Positions 1-10,110 of a DNA stretch of 64,000 bases are shown in pieces. The notes below the pieces were generated by a model. The model was not told where the DNA came from and made no database searches. It saw only the letters and a list, made by a program, of their open reading frames with translations. The stretch lies in assembly GCA_965219685.1 (NCBI GenBank), contig CBDCOH010000002.1:1600001-1664000 (forward strand), written 5' to 3'. Source of the stretch: Candidatus Spongiisociaceae bacterium. GTDB lineage: Bacteria; Actinomycetota; Acidimicrobiia; Spongiisociales; Spongiisociaceae. How positions within the stretch are numbered: position 1 is the stretch's first letter; each line of letters starts with the position of its first letter. The position numbers were made by a program, and so were the translations under genes.

Positions 1-346
1 CCCGCTCCGACATGATGGGCCTCGGGTACTCATCCACAGCCAGGTACTTGTGGGACAGCGCATCGATGTGCGACCGCGCCACCGGCCCGGTGACGGTTTC
101 GGTGACCTCGCCCCGCACCTCCACGTAGGACCAGGGATCGTCACAATGGACGATCAACACGGTGACTGTGGGATCGGCCATCATGTTCTTGAACTTGCGG
201 CGATGCACCTCCGTGTTGATCAGGATGTGTTCGTCGTCGGCGTCCACCCACATCACATGCACCTGCAACGTTCCGTCCGGCATGATCGTCGCCAGGGATG
301 CGAAGTTCGGACCGCTTGCCAGTTGCCGCGCCATCTCGTCGAGCAT
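1..346 (-). CDS. PPOX-class F420-dependent oxidoreductase (runs off the window's left edge)
   Basis: Hand-translated (not in ORF track): MLDEMARQLASGPNFASLATIMPDGTLQVHVMWVDADDEHILINTEVHRRKFKNM...DPWSYVEVRG...HIDALSHKYL. GGAGGT RBS at 351-356. Confidence 0.85.
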   Translation of the reverse strand, partial: MLDEMARQLASGPNFASLATIMPDGTLQVHVMWVDADDEHILINTEVHRRKFKNMMADPTVTVLIVHCDDPWSYVEVRGEVTETVTGPVARSHIDALSHKYLAVDEYPRPIMSER

Positions 347-491
347 TGTCACCTCCAGCAGGCTGAGTTCTCGGTGGTGATCATCCCCAACGGCTCATGC
401 AGAGGCCGGGAGATCACCGGCTGATCCTTACCGCAAGCCCCTCCGAGAGCAAACCGGCCGATCACGAACGCCGGGTCCTAGAGTACGGCCG

Positions 492-902
492 ATGGACCAT
501 GATCAAGCCCGAACGTTCATAAGAGCAAACCACCGCGGGATCCTCCTCACCCACCGCACGGGCGGCGCCCCGCAGATGTCCCCGATCGTCGCCGGGGTCG
601 ACGGCGACGGCTTCGTGGTGGTGTCGAGCAGGGAGACCGCGTACAAGGTCAGGAACCTACGCCGGGAGCCACGCGCTTCGCTGTGCATGTTCACCGACGG
701 CTTCTACGGTGAGTGGTTGCAGGTCGACGGCGTCGCGGATGTGCTGAGCCTTCCTGAAGCCATGGAACCGCTCGTCGACTACTACCGGGACCTCTCGGGA
801 GAGCATCCCGACTGGGACGACTACCGGACCGCTATGCGCAGGGAGCGCAGGGTCCTCATACGGATCACCATCGAGCGCGCAGGTCCGACCCGGTTCGGAT
901 AG
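492..902 (+). CDS. PPOX-class F420-dependent oxidoreductase
   Basis: HRGILLT..GAPQMSP...KVRNLRREPRASL...EHPDWDDYRTAM..ERRV, typical of Rv1155-like split-barrel proteins. Confidence 0.9.
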   Translation: MDHDQARTFIRANHRGILLTHRTGGAPQMSPIVAGVDGDGFVVVSSRETAYKVRNLRREPRASLCMFTDGFYGEWLQVDGVADVLSLPEAMEPLVDYYRDLSGEHPDWDDYRTAMRRERRVLIRITIERAGPTRFG

Positions 903-951
903 ACTCGCCGACCGGTCCGGTCCCCGCTCCACCGGATGCCGGCAACGGAGG

Positions 952-1830
952 TCAGAGACCCTTCGGATCCCGGATCAGGTTGTAGATGGCGGTCCAGTCC
1001 TTGCGGCCCATTCCATGGTCCTGGGCGGACTCGTAGAAGGGGATCGCCGCTATCCCCATCGAACTGGAGGAACCCGACTCGGCGCTCATGCGCAGGGCCA
1101 AACCCAGGTCCTTGCGGGCCAGGTCCACCATGAATCCCGGTTCCAGGTCGTCGGCCAGTACCTTGGCCGGGTACGTCGTGGCCAGATGCCCGCGTCCGGC
1201 CGTGGTGCCCATCAGCACGTCGATGGCGATGTCGCGGTCCACGCCGGCGCCCTCCGCCAATGCCAGCGCCTCGGCGACCACCACGTTGGAGACAATGGAC
1301 AGATAGTTGTTTACGAGCTTGGTCCTTATCCCCGCGCCTGCCGGACCACAGTGGACGATGGTGTCCCCCATGCACTCCAGGACCGGCCCTGCCCGGGCCA
1401 CGTCCTCGGTGTCACCGCCAACCATGATCAGCAGGGTCCCTTCCTCGGCCTCCCGGGACGTGCGACCGACGGGCGCGTCGATCATCCTGCGGCCCTCCGA
1501 CTCCAGGCGCCGAGCCGTCGTGTCGAAGTGAGCGGGCAGGCCGGTGCTCATGTCTATCAGGAGGGAGTCCCGACCGAGGCTCCCGGCGATCCCGTCCACC
1601 CCGAAGACCGCCTCCGCAACATGGTCACCGGTGGGGAGCATCGTGATGACGAAGTCGGCCCCGAGGGCCGCATCCCCGGCGGACCGTGCCTGAGCGGCCC
1701 CGTCCTGCCCTATCGCCTCGAGGGCCCCAGAGTCAACGTCGAAAGCCCGCACACGGTGACCGCCCCCGATCAGGTTCCGGGCCATGGGCATTCCCATCAC
1801 TCCGACGCCGATGAAACCGACCTTGCTCAT
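952..1830 (-). CDS. yihU: Sulfolactaldehyde 3-reductase-like beta-hydroxyacid dehydrogenase
   Basis: GFIGVGVMGMPMA Rossmann motif. DAPVGRTS, KLVNNYLS, GTTAGRGH..TYPAKVL..DLEPGFMVDLARKDLG and GRKDW follow E. coli YihU as I recall it. Start set at the MSKV ATG with upstream RBS. Confidence 0.75.
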   Translation of the reverse strand: MSKVGFIGVGVMGMPMARNLIGGGHRVRAFDVDSGALEAIGQDGAAQARSAGDAALGADFVITMLPTGDHVAEAVFGVDGIAGSLGRDSLLIDMSTGLPAHFDTTARRLESEGRRMIDAPVGRTSREAEEGTLLIMVGGDTEDVARAGPVLECMGDTIVHCGPAGAGIRTKLVNNYLSIVSNVVVAEALALAEGAGVDRDIAIDVLMGTTAGRGHLATTYPAKVLADDLEPGFMVDLARKDLGLALRMSAESGSSSSMGIAAIPFYESAQDHGMGRKDWTAIYNLIRDPKGL

Positions 1831-1941
1831 CCCGATCCCTTCCTGTGGAGTGTCCGAATGACGATCGCCCGCCCAGCCGGGTAGGCGGCCGACGCATCCG
1901 GCTGGCATGAGGCGGTCTGTCCGGTGTAGTTTCATCGGTCG

Positions 1942-2865
1942 ATGATCGAATCGCCAGACCACGAGCAGGTGATGATCCCCGGTGGGGAATTCGTCATGGG
2001 TTCCGACCGCCACTACCCGGAAGAACGCCCGGCCCGGACCGTTCGCGTCGACTCGTTCCGGATCGATGCCCACCCGGTGACCAACCGGCGCTTCCGGCGG
2101 TTCGTAGCCGACACGGGCTACACGACCATCGCGGAGCGACCCCTCGATGCTGCCCTGTACGCAGGGGCGCGGCCCCAGGACCTGGTGCCGGGCTCCCTGG
2201 TGTTCGTGCCGAGCGGTGGCCCGGTGGACCTGGGCGACTTCCGCAACTGGTGGGCATGGGTACCGGGAACCAACTGGCGCCGGCCCTTAGGCCCGAGGTC
2301 GACGCTGGACGGTCTGGAGGATCACCCGGTCGTGCATGTCGCCTACCCCGATGCGGCCGCTTACACCCGCTGGGCGGGCATGCACCTGCCTACGGAGGCG
2401 GAGTGGGAGTACGCGGCCCGGGGCGGGCTGGACGGCGCCGAGTTCGAGTGGGGCGACGAGGATGTCCAGGAGACCGCGCCTCGAGCCAACACCTGGCAGG
2501 GACGCTTCCCGTACGAGAACACCGAACTCGACGGTTGGACCCGGACCAGCCCCGTCGGTCACTACGAGCCCAACGGCTACGGCCTCCACGACATGGCGGG
2601 CAACGTCTGGGAATGGACCTCCACCCGCTACCGCGAACCTCCATCGCACGACGTGGACAAACGCTGCTGCGGCCCTCCCAAGCCCCGCGCCGCGAGCCCC
2701 GAGGGCCGGTCGGGACCCCTGCCGTCCCGGACCATCAAGGGCGGATCGCACCTGTGCACCATCCAGTACTGCTTCCGCTACCGGCCGGCGGCCCGCCAAC
2801 CCCAGACGATCGACACCTCCACCAGCCACCTCGGTTTCCGCTGCGTCGCCCGGGACCGTCCATGA
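1942..2865 (+). CDS. Formylglycine-generating enzyme (sulfatase maturase, SUMF1 family)
   Basis: F.MGS, HPVVHV, LPTEAEWEYAARGG, NGYGLHDMAGNVWEW, KGGSHLC...YCFRYRPAAR, HLGFRC. Confidence 0.93.
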   Translation: MIESPDHEQVMIPGGEFVMGSDRHYPEERPARTVRVDSFRIDAHPVTNRRFRRFVADTGYTTIAERPLDAALYAGARPQDLVPGSLVFVPSGGPVDLGDFRNWWAWVPGTNWRRPLGPRSTLDGLEDHPVVHVAYPDAAAYTRWAGMHLPTEAEWEYAARGGLDGAEFEWGDEDVQETAPRANTWQGRFPYENTELDGWTRTSPVGHYEPNGYGLHDMAGNVWEWTSTRYREPPSHDVDKRCCGPPKPRAASPEGRSGPLPSRTIKGGSHLCTIQYCFRYRPAARQPQTIDTSTSHLGFRCVARDRP

Positions 2866-2914
2866 TGCCCGCCGCGCAGGAGCGTAGACGTCAGACCTCT
2901 ACACTCCAGGCCTC

Positions 2915-4546
2915 ATGAGACTGTTCGACACCGATCTGCTCGGGTTCGGAAGCTACGAGGCGCTGGTCGGGGGCTTCGAGTGGGACGTCCCGGAGCGTAT
3001 GAACATCGCCTCGGAGGTCTTCGACCGCTGGAGCCGGGACCGCCGCCGGATCGCCCTGTTCGTGGAGAGACCGGACGGCCGCCGCGACGTGTGGTCCTAC
3101 TGGGAGTTGATCCGCCTCGCCAAGCGGTATGCCAACTTCCTCGTGTCGCTGGGCGTGGAACGGGGCGACCGGGTCTCGCTGGTCATGCCGCAGGGGGCGG
3201 AGGTTGCAGCCCTACATCTGGCTGTCTACGCGGTCGGCGCCACGGTGCTGCCGATGTCCAGCCTGTACGGCCCCGACTCCTACCGCCACATCCTGTCGGA
3301 CTCGGGCACCGGAACGATCGTCGTCGCAGAGGACTACGCCGACCGCATCCGCATGGTCAGGGACGATCTTCCCGATCTCCGGACGGTGGTGATCCACGGC
3401 GAGCCCGCCGAGGGTGAGCGAGCCCTGGCCGAAGCGGGACGCTTCCCGGCCGGCTTCGATCCCGTCGCCACCTCTTGCATGGACCCGGCCATGCTGCTCT
3501 ACACCTCGGGTAGCACCGGCCATCCGAAGGGTGCCCTTCACGGGCATCGCATCATCGAGGGCTACCTGCTGACCTTCAAGCTCTTCTTCAATGTCGAGTT
3601 CGACGAGTCGACCGTCTTCTACACCCCCTCCGACTGGGCGTGGGTGGGAGGTTTGCTCGACATACTCCTGCCGGCTCTCGTTTTCGGCCATCCGGTGGTC
3701 GCCGACCAGAAGCGATTCTCGGCCGAACGGGCCTTCGAGGTGATCGGCCGCAACGGCGTCACCCACGCCTTCCTGACCCCCACCGCCCTCAAGATGATGG
3801 CCCAGGTGGCCGACCCGGCGTCGCGATTCGACCTCGACCTTCGGGTCATCGCCAGCGGGGGCGAATCGGTGGCCGACGAACTCCACAAGTGGAGCGAGCG
3901 CGACCTCGGGGCGGTGATCAACGAGTTCTACGGACTCACCGAGGTGAACCACCTCGTGGGAGGCTGCGAAGCCCTGTGGCCGGGGATTCCGGGATGGATG
4001 GGTCTCCCCTACCCCGGCAGGACCGTAGCGGTGCTGGACGAAGGCGGGAACCCGATCGAGCCCGGAGGGATCGGCGAGATCGCGGTCCGGCCGGGTGATC
4101 CCACCCAGATGATCGAGTACTGGCGCAACCCGGTGGCTACGGAAGGGCAGTTCCGTGACGGCTGGATCATGACCGGCGACCAGGGCACCGTCGACGCACG
4201 GGGCTACATACGGTTCCTCGGGCGCGACGACGACATGATCTCCAGTGCCGGCTACCGGATCGGCCCGGCCGAGGTGGAGGAGTCGCTGGTGCGACATCCG
4301 CAGGTGGCGGAGGTGGCGGTCATACCCTCCCCCGACCCGATCCGGGGCCAGGTGGTGAAGGCGGTGGTAGTCCTTGCCGACGGGCACACCGGCTGCGACG
4401 GCCTGACCACCGAGTTGCAGGCACAGGTCAAGACTCAACTCGCCGCCTACAAGTATCCCCGGATCGTCGAGTACGTGGACAGCTTGCCGAAGACCACTAC
4501 CGGAAAGCTCAACCGGAAGCTGCTTGCCTCCCTCGAGCGGGGCTGA
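2915..4546 (+). CDS. AMP-dependent acyl-CoA synthetase
   Basis: YTSGSTGHPKG, FYGLTE, TGD, GRDDDMI.SAGYRIGPAEVE, LPKTTTGK. Confidence 0.92.
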   Translation: MRLFDTDLLGFGSYEALVGGFEWDVPERMNIASEVFDRWSRDRRRIALFVERPDGRRDVWSYWELIRLAKRYANFLVSLGVERGDRVSLVMPQGAEVAALHLAVYAVGATVLPMSSLYGPDSYRHILSDSGTGTIVVAEDYADRIRMVRDDLPDLRTVVIHGEPAEGERALAEAGRFPAGFDPVATSCMDPAMLLYTSGSTGHPKGALHGHRIIEGYLLTFKLFFNVEFDESTVFYTPSDWAWVGGLLDILLPALVFGHPVVADQKRFSAERAFEVIGRNGVTHAFLTPTALKMMAQVADPASRFDLDLRVIASGGESVADELHKWSERDLGAVINEFYGLTEVNHLVGGCEALWPGIPGWMGLPYPGRTVAVLDEGGNPIEPGGIGEIAVRPGDPTQMIEYWRNPVATEGQFRDGWIMTGDQGTVDARGYIRFLGRDDDMISSAGYRIGPAEVEESLVRHPQVAEVAVIPSPDPIRGQVVKAVVVLADGHTGCDGLTTELQAQVKTQLAAYKYPRIVEYVDSLPKTTTGKLNRKLLASLERG

Positions 4547-5620
4547 GAGCACCCACTCCAGCCGCGGCCCCGATCGTCTCCGCCACCTCGGCCGCCTCCT
4601 GGCCCACCGTGTACAAGTCCCTGGCCCGCACCGCATCGCCGATGACGTACACGTCCGCGCGGAGCCCGGACCTGTGCAACCCTTCTGCCAACCCGTTGTC
4701 GGCCACGCGCCCTCCCGCAACCACCGCCCGACCTCGAGGCAGTCCTCCTCGCCCCTGGTCTGGATCGCCAGCCGGTGGTTGACGATCCTCTCCGCGGTGG
4801 TCTCCCGGTAGATGTGAACTCCCTCGTCAGCCTCCAACTCCATCTCTACCAGCAGCAGTCCGTTGAACTCGCCGTCGCCGGCAAGCGAAGCACTCGCCTC
4901 CACGAGGTGGACCACGGCTCCCGCACGTCGCAGGTGCCGGACCACCGTGCAGGCGGCGAAGTCTCCACCCAGGATGGCGACCTCGGATTCCCACCGATCG
5001 GGAGGGCGGTCCAGGGCTGACAGGACATCGAACACCGGAACCGTGAGATCCTCCCCGTCCGCCCGCATGTGGCCGCCGCGGGCGCCCGTGGCGACGATCA
5101 CCGCGTCCGGATCCAGCTCACGCACATCCTCCACGCCCACGGGACACGACAGCTCCACCCGCACCCCCAGCCTTCCGAGCCCCACCTCCAGCCACTCGAC
5201 CAGGGTCCCGTACTCCGGCAGGGCCTTGCGCAGGTGGTGGAGCTGGCCGCCCAGCCGGGCGGTCGCCTCGCGCAGCACAACCTCGTGGCCCTGCAGACCG
5301 AGGAAACGGGCCGCGTGCATACCGGCCACGCCGCCACCGGCGACGAGGATTCGCTTCGACGTCGAGGCTCTGGCGGAGTCGGTGCTCGACATCTCGAAGG
5401 TGGTGGTGGGGTTGGCCGCGCAACCGGCAGGCGTCCGGGCCACGGTCAGATTGACGCAGGTGTTGCAGCCGATGCACGGCAGGATCTCGCCGGGCCGTCC
5501 CCGCTCCAGCTTCCGCACGTAGTCGGGGTCGGAGTGGAAGGCCCGGGCCAGGGTGACGTACTCGAAACCTCCCTCGCCATAACCGCGTCGGCGAACAGCG
5601 TCTTATGGCACATAATGGAG
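4509..5620 (-). pseudogene. Truncated, frameshifted NADH:flavin oxidoreductase (OYE/FadH-like, C-terminal part only)
   Basis: ARAFHSDPD..CIGCNTC..CAANP, VAGGGVAG, VIVATGA and VIGDA motifs are spread over frames, with shifts near 4725 and 5575. The N-terminal TIM barrel is absent. Confidence 0.8.
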
Positions 5621-5705
5621 TACGGTCCTCCTGTCAGATCCCCTTGGAACCACTCGTCCATAGAGCCGCGGGGGCGGGGCCGGGTTGGGACGGCGGAGGG
5701 ATAAG

Positions 5706-6446
5706 ATGGCTCCCGTGGAACCCATGAGAGTCGGCTCCGGGAGGGTGTCGAGGCTGGCAACGCTCCTTATCGTGCTCGGCCTGCTCGCTGCCGGATGTGG
5801 TGACCGGGCCTCCGAGCCGGCCGGAACCTCCGAAGCCCCCTCGACCACTTCAGCCACTGCGACCACTACCCGCACGGAGACCACTACCGCAGCGCCCGCA
5901 AGCACCGCAGCCGCCCCGACGACCACCGTCGCGACCGTCCCGACCCCCACCACGATGGCGCCGGTCCCGCCCACCACCATTGCCGCTCCCCCGGTGCTGC
6001 GCGAGGACACTCCCCCGCTGGTGGACATCGACGGCTGGCTGGCCTCGGACGTGACTTCGCTGGAGGAGTTGCGCGGCATGGTGGTGGTGGTCGAGTTCTG
6101 GACCTTCGGTTGTTATAACTGCAAGAACCGTATCCCATACACCCAGGACCTCTACGCCGCATACAAGGATCGGGGACTGGAGATAGTCGGCATCCACTCC
6201 CCCGAGTTCGGCTACGAACGCGAGGTGGCCAACATCGAGCAGGCAATGGTGGACCTCGGCGTCACATGGCCGGTCGTGCTCGACACCGACCGCCGGACCT
6301 TCCGTGAGTGGCAGGGACGTCCCGCCTACTGGCCCCGGACCTACGTCCTCGACCGCCAGGGCCGCATCCGCTTCGACCACATCGGCGAAGGCGCCTACGA
6401 CGAACTGTTCGAGGTGGTCGACTACCTGCTGACCGAAAGCGTGTGA
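5706..6446 (+). CDS. Thioredoxin-like (redoxin/DipZ-type) lipoprotein with Thr/Pro-rich linker
   Basis: LAAGC lipobox, T/A/P-rich stalk, EFWTFGCYNC, GIHSPEF, YWP, HIGEGAY. Start codon uncertain (5706 or 5724). Confidence 0.85.
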   Translation: MAPVEPMRVGSGRVSRLATLLIVLGLLAAGCGDRASEPAGTSEAPSTTSATATTTRTETTTAAPASTAAAPTTTVATVPTPTTMAPVPPTTIAAPPVLREDTPPLVDIDGWLASDVTSLEELRGMVVVVEFWTFGCYNCKNRIPYTQDLYAAYKDRGLEIVGIHSPEFGYEREVANIEQAMVDLGVTWPVVLDTDRRTFREWQGRPAYWPRTYVLDRQGRIRFDHIGEGAYDELFEVVDYLLTESV

Positions 6447-7042
6447 GGCTGGTAGGCGAGGCTCTACGCGCCGGCCTCCAGCCCTGCTCCTACTCGCTCC
6501 TCATCCTGGCCGTGGTGGTGCTCGGCATCCGCGCCCCGCGCCGGCGGCTACCGGCGTTCGGGGTGTACTTCGCGGCCACCGCCCTTTTCGCATGGATTCC
6601 CTTCGTCGGCGTGAATCCGCTGCTGGACGGCCGGTTCGCCGGAACCGCCGGGCTGCTGGCCGGCCTCATCCTGGCCGGATGGCACACGTATGGGAGGACG
6701 GCGCCGGGTTGGCTCGGGATGGCGGGGGTGGCCCTGGTGGGCGCCTTCGCCGGCGCGACCTGGCTCCCCTGTGTCGGTCGCGAACTCGGGACGGTCCTGA
6801 CCGCCGCTACCAGAGACCCCTGGCCGGGCCTGGCCGGCCTCGCCCCTTACCTGCTGGGTGCGATGTGGATCGCACTGGTGGCGGCCATCGTCGCCGACTT
6901 CGCTCCCCCGGTCCGCAGGGCACTCGAAACGGCGGCGGCGATCAACACCTTCCGGGTGCTGGGCGGGCTTCTGGTCCTGGCAGTCGCGGCCGATCTCTAC
7001 CCCCTGCTACTGAGCAGCCTGGCGCGCCTCTCCTCTCTCTGA
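6443..7042 (+). CDS. CcdA/DsbD-like disulfide-exchange membrane protein
   Basis: GTG start overlaps the upstream stop (GTGA). Multiple TM segments carry two PC motifs (LQPCS, WLPCVG). Confidence 0.75.
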   Translation: MRLVGEALRAGLQPCSYSLLILAVVVLGIRAPRRRLPAFGVYFAATALFAWIPFVGVNPLLDGRFAGTAGLLAGLILAGWHTYGRTAPGWLGMAGVALVGAFAGATWLPCVGRELGTVLTAATRDPWPGLAGLAPYLLGAMWIALVAAIVADFAPPVRRALETAAAINTFRVLGGLLVLAVAADLYPLLLSSLARLSSL

Positions 7043-7155
7043 CCACCCAGTCGGACCGACCGATACCCGTTTCTGGTCGCCGGACCCGCCGGTAGACTTC
7101 AGCAGGCGGTGGGAACCGCGCGAGACACCTCTCCCCCGGCGGAGCGAGACGCAGC

Positions 7156-7548
7156 ATGGACGTGACCATCACCGCCAACACGCTCGCACGTTACGTACCC
7201 ACGCTCCGGCAGTCAGACGACGAGTTCCGCCTGCGCATCGTGCTCCACGACTTCGGCATGGTCTTCCAGCACGCGGACAGCCGGGAGCGAACGTTCCTGG
7301 TCGCAGAGGAACCGGAACTGTTCGACCCCCACTGGGACGCGTTCCTCGCCGCCTATGTCGAGTATCTGTGTCACCATGCAGGCATCCCGACACCCGCTTG
7401 GGTGTTCACCTCCGAACGTCACCTTCCGCGCTTCTGGTACGCAGGCGGCCGGTTCCCGCGGGAGCGGGCTGCCACGATTCTGACAACGCCCGCAACCTTC
7501 GAGGTCCATGGGATCTGGTTTCCCGAGCGTGAACTCGAGGTGGTCTGA
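7156..7548 (+). CDS. Conserved actinobacterial protein, partner of the downstream nucleotidyltransferase
   Basis: EP...DPHWDAFLAAYVEYL...PAW...FW...PATF..HGIW pattern. Abuts the next gene. Confidence 0.6.
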   Translation: MDVTITANTLARYVPTLRQSDDEFRLRIVLHDFGMVFQHADSRERTFLVAEEPELFDPHWDAFLAAYVEYLCHHAGIPTPAWVFTSERHLPRFWYAGGRFPRERAATILTTPATFEVHGIWFPERELEVV

Positions 7549-8082
7549 TTGGACCTGCTGACCGGTGCCGAGATCCGTGAAGCCCTGGGCGAACTCGCCC
7601 AACAGCTATCCGCCCGGCGAGCGCATGGACGCGTCTACATTGCGGGAGGGGCCGCGATGGCCCTCGCCTACGACAGCGAGAAGCTGACGCGCGACATCGA
7701 CCCGGCGATCGTCGAGGGTCATGGCGTCGTCATCCAGGCCGTGCAGGCCATCGCCAGCGCCCGGCAATGGCCCAGCACCTGGCTGAACGAACAGGCAACC
7801 CCTTACATGCCGACCATCCCGGACCGGCGCGGCCGCGTGCTGTTCGACCATCCGGCGCTGAAGGTGGTGGTCGCCTCCCGGGAACACATGCTGGCCATGA
7901 AGGTGAGGGCGGCGCGGTCATCCGACATCTCCGACACTCGACGCCTCCTCCGGCAGACAGGTCTAGCCGCAGTCGACGAGGTGGAGACCCTCGTCGCGTC
8001 GGTCTTTCCGGGAGAAGCCCTCGGCGAGCGGCCGAGGAGGTGGATCGAAGACATCTTGGCTGGGGTATCGACCGAACCCTAG
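7549..8082 (+). CDS. DUF6036-like nucleotidyltransferase
   Basis: YIAGGAAM...TRDID (GG..DxD), WLNEQA, MLAMK..A.R..DI.D. Confidence 0.75.
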   Translation: MDLLTGAEIREALGELAQQLSARRAHGRVYIAGGAAMALAYDSEKLTRDIDPAIVEGHGVVIQAVQAIASARQWPSTWLNEQATPYMPTIPDRRGRVLFDHPALKVVVASREHMLAMKVRAARSSDISDTRRLLRQTGLAAVDEVETLVASVFPGEALGERPRRWIEDILAGVSTEP

Positions 8083-8143
8083 AGGAGCGTTGCCCCGGGC
8101 AGCGCCGCAGCGAGGGCCCGTGGTCGGAGCTTGTCCCGGCGGG

Positions 8144-8899
8144 TCACCGAGCAAGCGTGATATCGAGGGCAGCCTCGAAGACTGCTTCGTTCGCTCGGTC
8201 CAGGGCGGCCAGTTCGTCGGGGCTCAAGGGGTCGAGAAAGCTCCGGTCGGCGTCGAGTTGATCCCACACCGCCAGGAGGGCGGTGGCGTCGAACCCGAAG
8301 TGGCGGGCGACCGCGTAGAGGGTTGCGGCCTCCATGTCGACCGATCCGTAGCCGAGGCCCCGCCACTCCTCCACCATCGCCCCGCTCTGAGCGAAGATCG
8401 AACTCCAGGTCAGATGGAGGGAGTCCGCCGCCCTGACACCCCTGGCCTCCAGGTTGATTTTTCCGAGTTCGGTGAGGGTGGGGTCGGCGCCGACCGTGTC
8501 GCCGACTCCGTACAGATGGGCCACTCCCTCCCGGGCGACCGCGGTGGCGGGCACGACCACGTCTCCGGTGGCGAGTCCCGGGTCGATGGCGCCGCAGGTC
8601 CCGATCATGACCATCCGTGGGGTTCCGAGCACCCCGAACAGGTGCGCCAATTCCACCGCTCTCGGCGCCCCGTAGACGCACGAGTAGACGACGGGCAACC
8701 CCTGCCACCGCCCGTGGAACATGTCGGGGAACGGCAGTTCCCTCACGTCGTCCAGCAGGCCCAGCCTCCAGGCCGTGCGTTCCTCGCGCCACCACGAGCC
8801 CTCCATGATCACCGCGCGGGGGATGTCCGGCCGGTCCATCCCGAGCGCCGCCAACCAGTCCTCGGGGCCGAGGTCCATCACGGCCTTGCGGGCGCTCAC
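8144..8899 (-). CDS. Nucleoside (purine/uridine) phosphorylase family protein
   Basis: YGAP, IGTCGA, GDVVV..AV.REG, VDMEAA. GTG start overlaps the MFS stop. Confidence 0.85.
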   Translation of the reverse strand: MSARKAVMDLGPEDWLAALGMDRPDIPRAVIMEGSWWREERTAWRLGLLDDVRELPFPDMFHGRWQGLPVVYSCVYGAPRAVELAHLFGVLGTPRMVMIGTCGAIDPGLATGDVVVPATAVAREGVAHLYGVGDTVGADPTLTELGKINLEARGVRAADSLHLTWSSIFAQSGAMVEEWRGLGYGSVDMEAATLYAVARHFGFDATALLAVWDQLDADRSFLDPLSPDELAALDRANEAVFEAALDITLAR

Positions 8900-10110
8900 G
8901 TGTAGCCCCTGCCGGCCGGCTGGCCGCGGCGACCACGGGCGAACCATCCGTAGGTCCAGAGCGCGCCTGCCATGACGCACGCGGCCAGGAACACGAAGAC
9001 CAGATCCCACTGTTCCCGACCCACCAGCCGACCGAGCACCGGCGACCCGGCGCCGCCTCCCAGGTTGAATGCCAGGGCGAAGATGCCGCTGGCCAGCGCC
9101 ACCCGCCCGGGCGCGGTAATGCGCGGGTAGATGCCGAGGACCAGCGATGAGGATGCACCCACCAGCGCGGTGGCAGTGGCGATGGTCGCGAACCCGGTCG
9201 CCAGATCCGGCGCACGGCTGACCGTGAACAGCATGACCGCGGTCACCGTTAGCATGATCCCCCCGCGCAGGCTTGCCGAGGCGGCGTCGAGTTTGCGGAA
9301 CATCCGACCGACCAGGATGGTCGCCACGATGGAACAGGCCGGAAGGGCCGCGGCCAGGAGCCCGGAACGACCCACCGAGACCGAGTGGACCTCGACGAAG
9401 TAGGCCGGTGTCCAGACGATAAGGGCGACGTAGGCGACACCGATGGCGGCGGAAGGTGGAAGCAACCCGACAACCCCGGAAATCGAACCCGCCGGAGGCC
9501 CACCGGGCTTGGCGGAGGGAACCGGGTCGCGGACCCCGATCCACCAGACGACGCCGACCGGAAGAAGGACCGCAGCCGCGGCGAAGAACACCGCTTCCAC
9601 CCCGCTCCGCTCGACGATGAACCCACCGACCGCGAAGGTGAGGGCGGTGCCGGCCACGAAGCAGGAGCCGAACGACGCTATCACCCGTCCTGCCCGTCTC
9701 CCGCGCACCCACCGGCCCAGCCCGCCGGCCAGGGGTGTCCACCCCATGGCCTGGAAGACACCGTTGGCGGACCAGACGACCAGGGCGATGGCGAAATGGT
9801 GGGAGAAGAGGATGAACAGCACGTTCATGATCCCACTGCCCACCAGGCCCAGGCCCACCAGCAGGCGCGCGCCGTACCGGTCAGCCAGCCGACCGACCGG
9901 CAACGCGGACAGGGAGTAGACCCAGAAGAAGCCGGCTGCCAGAGCGCCGATCTCGGTGGCCTCCAAGCCGACCTCCTCGCCCAGGCGCGGAACGGCCACC
10001 GAGAAGTTGATCCTACCCAGCTTGTAGATCGCGTAGACGGACCATGCCGACGCTATCAGCGCCCAACGCGTCTCTGATTCAGAGCCGGTCGGTCGGGACG
10101 TGGCCCTCAA
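8896..10110 (-). CDS. MFS transporter (OPA/GlpT-like)
   Basis: YKLGRINFSVA, GRLADRYGAR motif A, NGVFQAMGW, about 12 TM segments. TTG start overlaps the ATPase stop. Confidence 0.88.
   Translation of the reverse strand: MRATSRPTGSESETRWALIASAWSVYAIYKLGRINFSVAVPRLGEEVGLEATEIGALAAGFFWVYSLSALPVGRLADRYGARLLVGLGLVGSGIMNVLFILFSHHFAIALVVWSANGVFQAMGWTPLAGGLGRWVRGRRAGRVIASFGSCFVAGTALTFAVGGFIVERSGVEAVFFAAAAVLLPVGVVWWIGVRDPVPSAKPGGPPAGSISGVVGLLPPSAAIGVAYVALIVWTPAYFVEVHSVSVGRSGLLAAALPACSIVATILVGRMFRKLDAASASLRGGIMLTVTAVMLFTVSRAPDLATGFATIATATALVGASSSLVLGIYPRITAPGRVALASGIFALAFNLGGGAGSPVLGRLVGREQWDLVFVFLAACVMAGALWTYGWFARGRRGQPAGRGYT

Noticed and set aside
3212-5518. 768-aa minus-strand ORF
   Set aside because: Only the first ~265 aa are OYE-like. 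The rest is read-through antisense to the acyl-CoA ligase after a frameshift.
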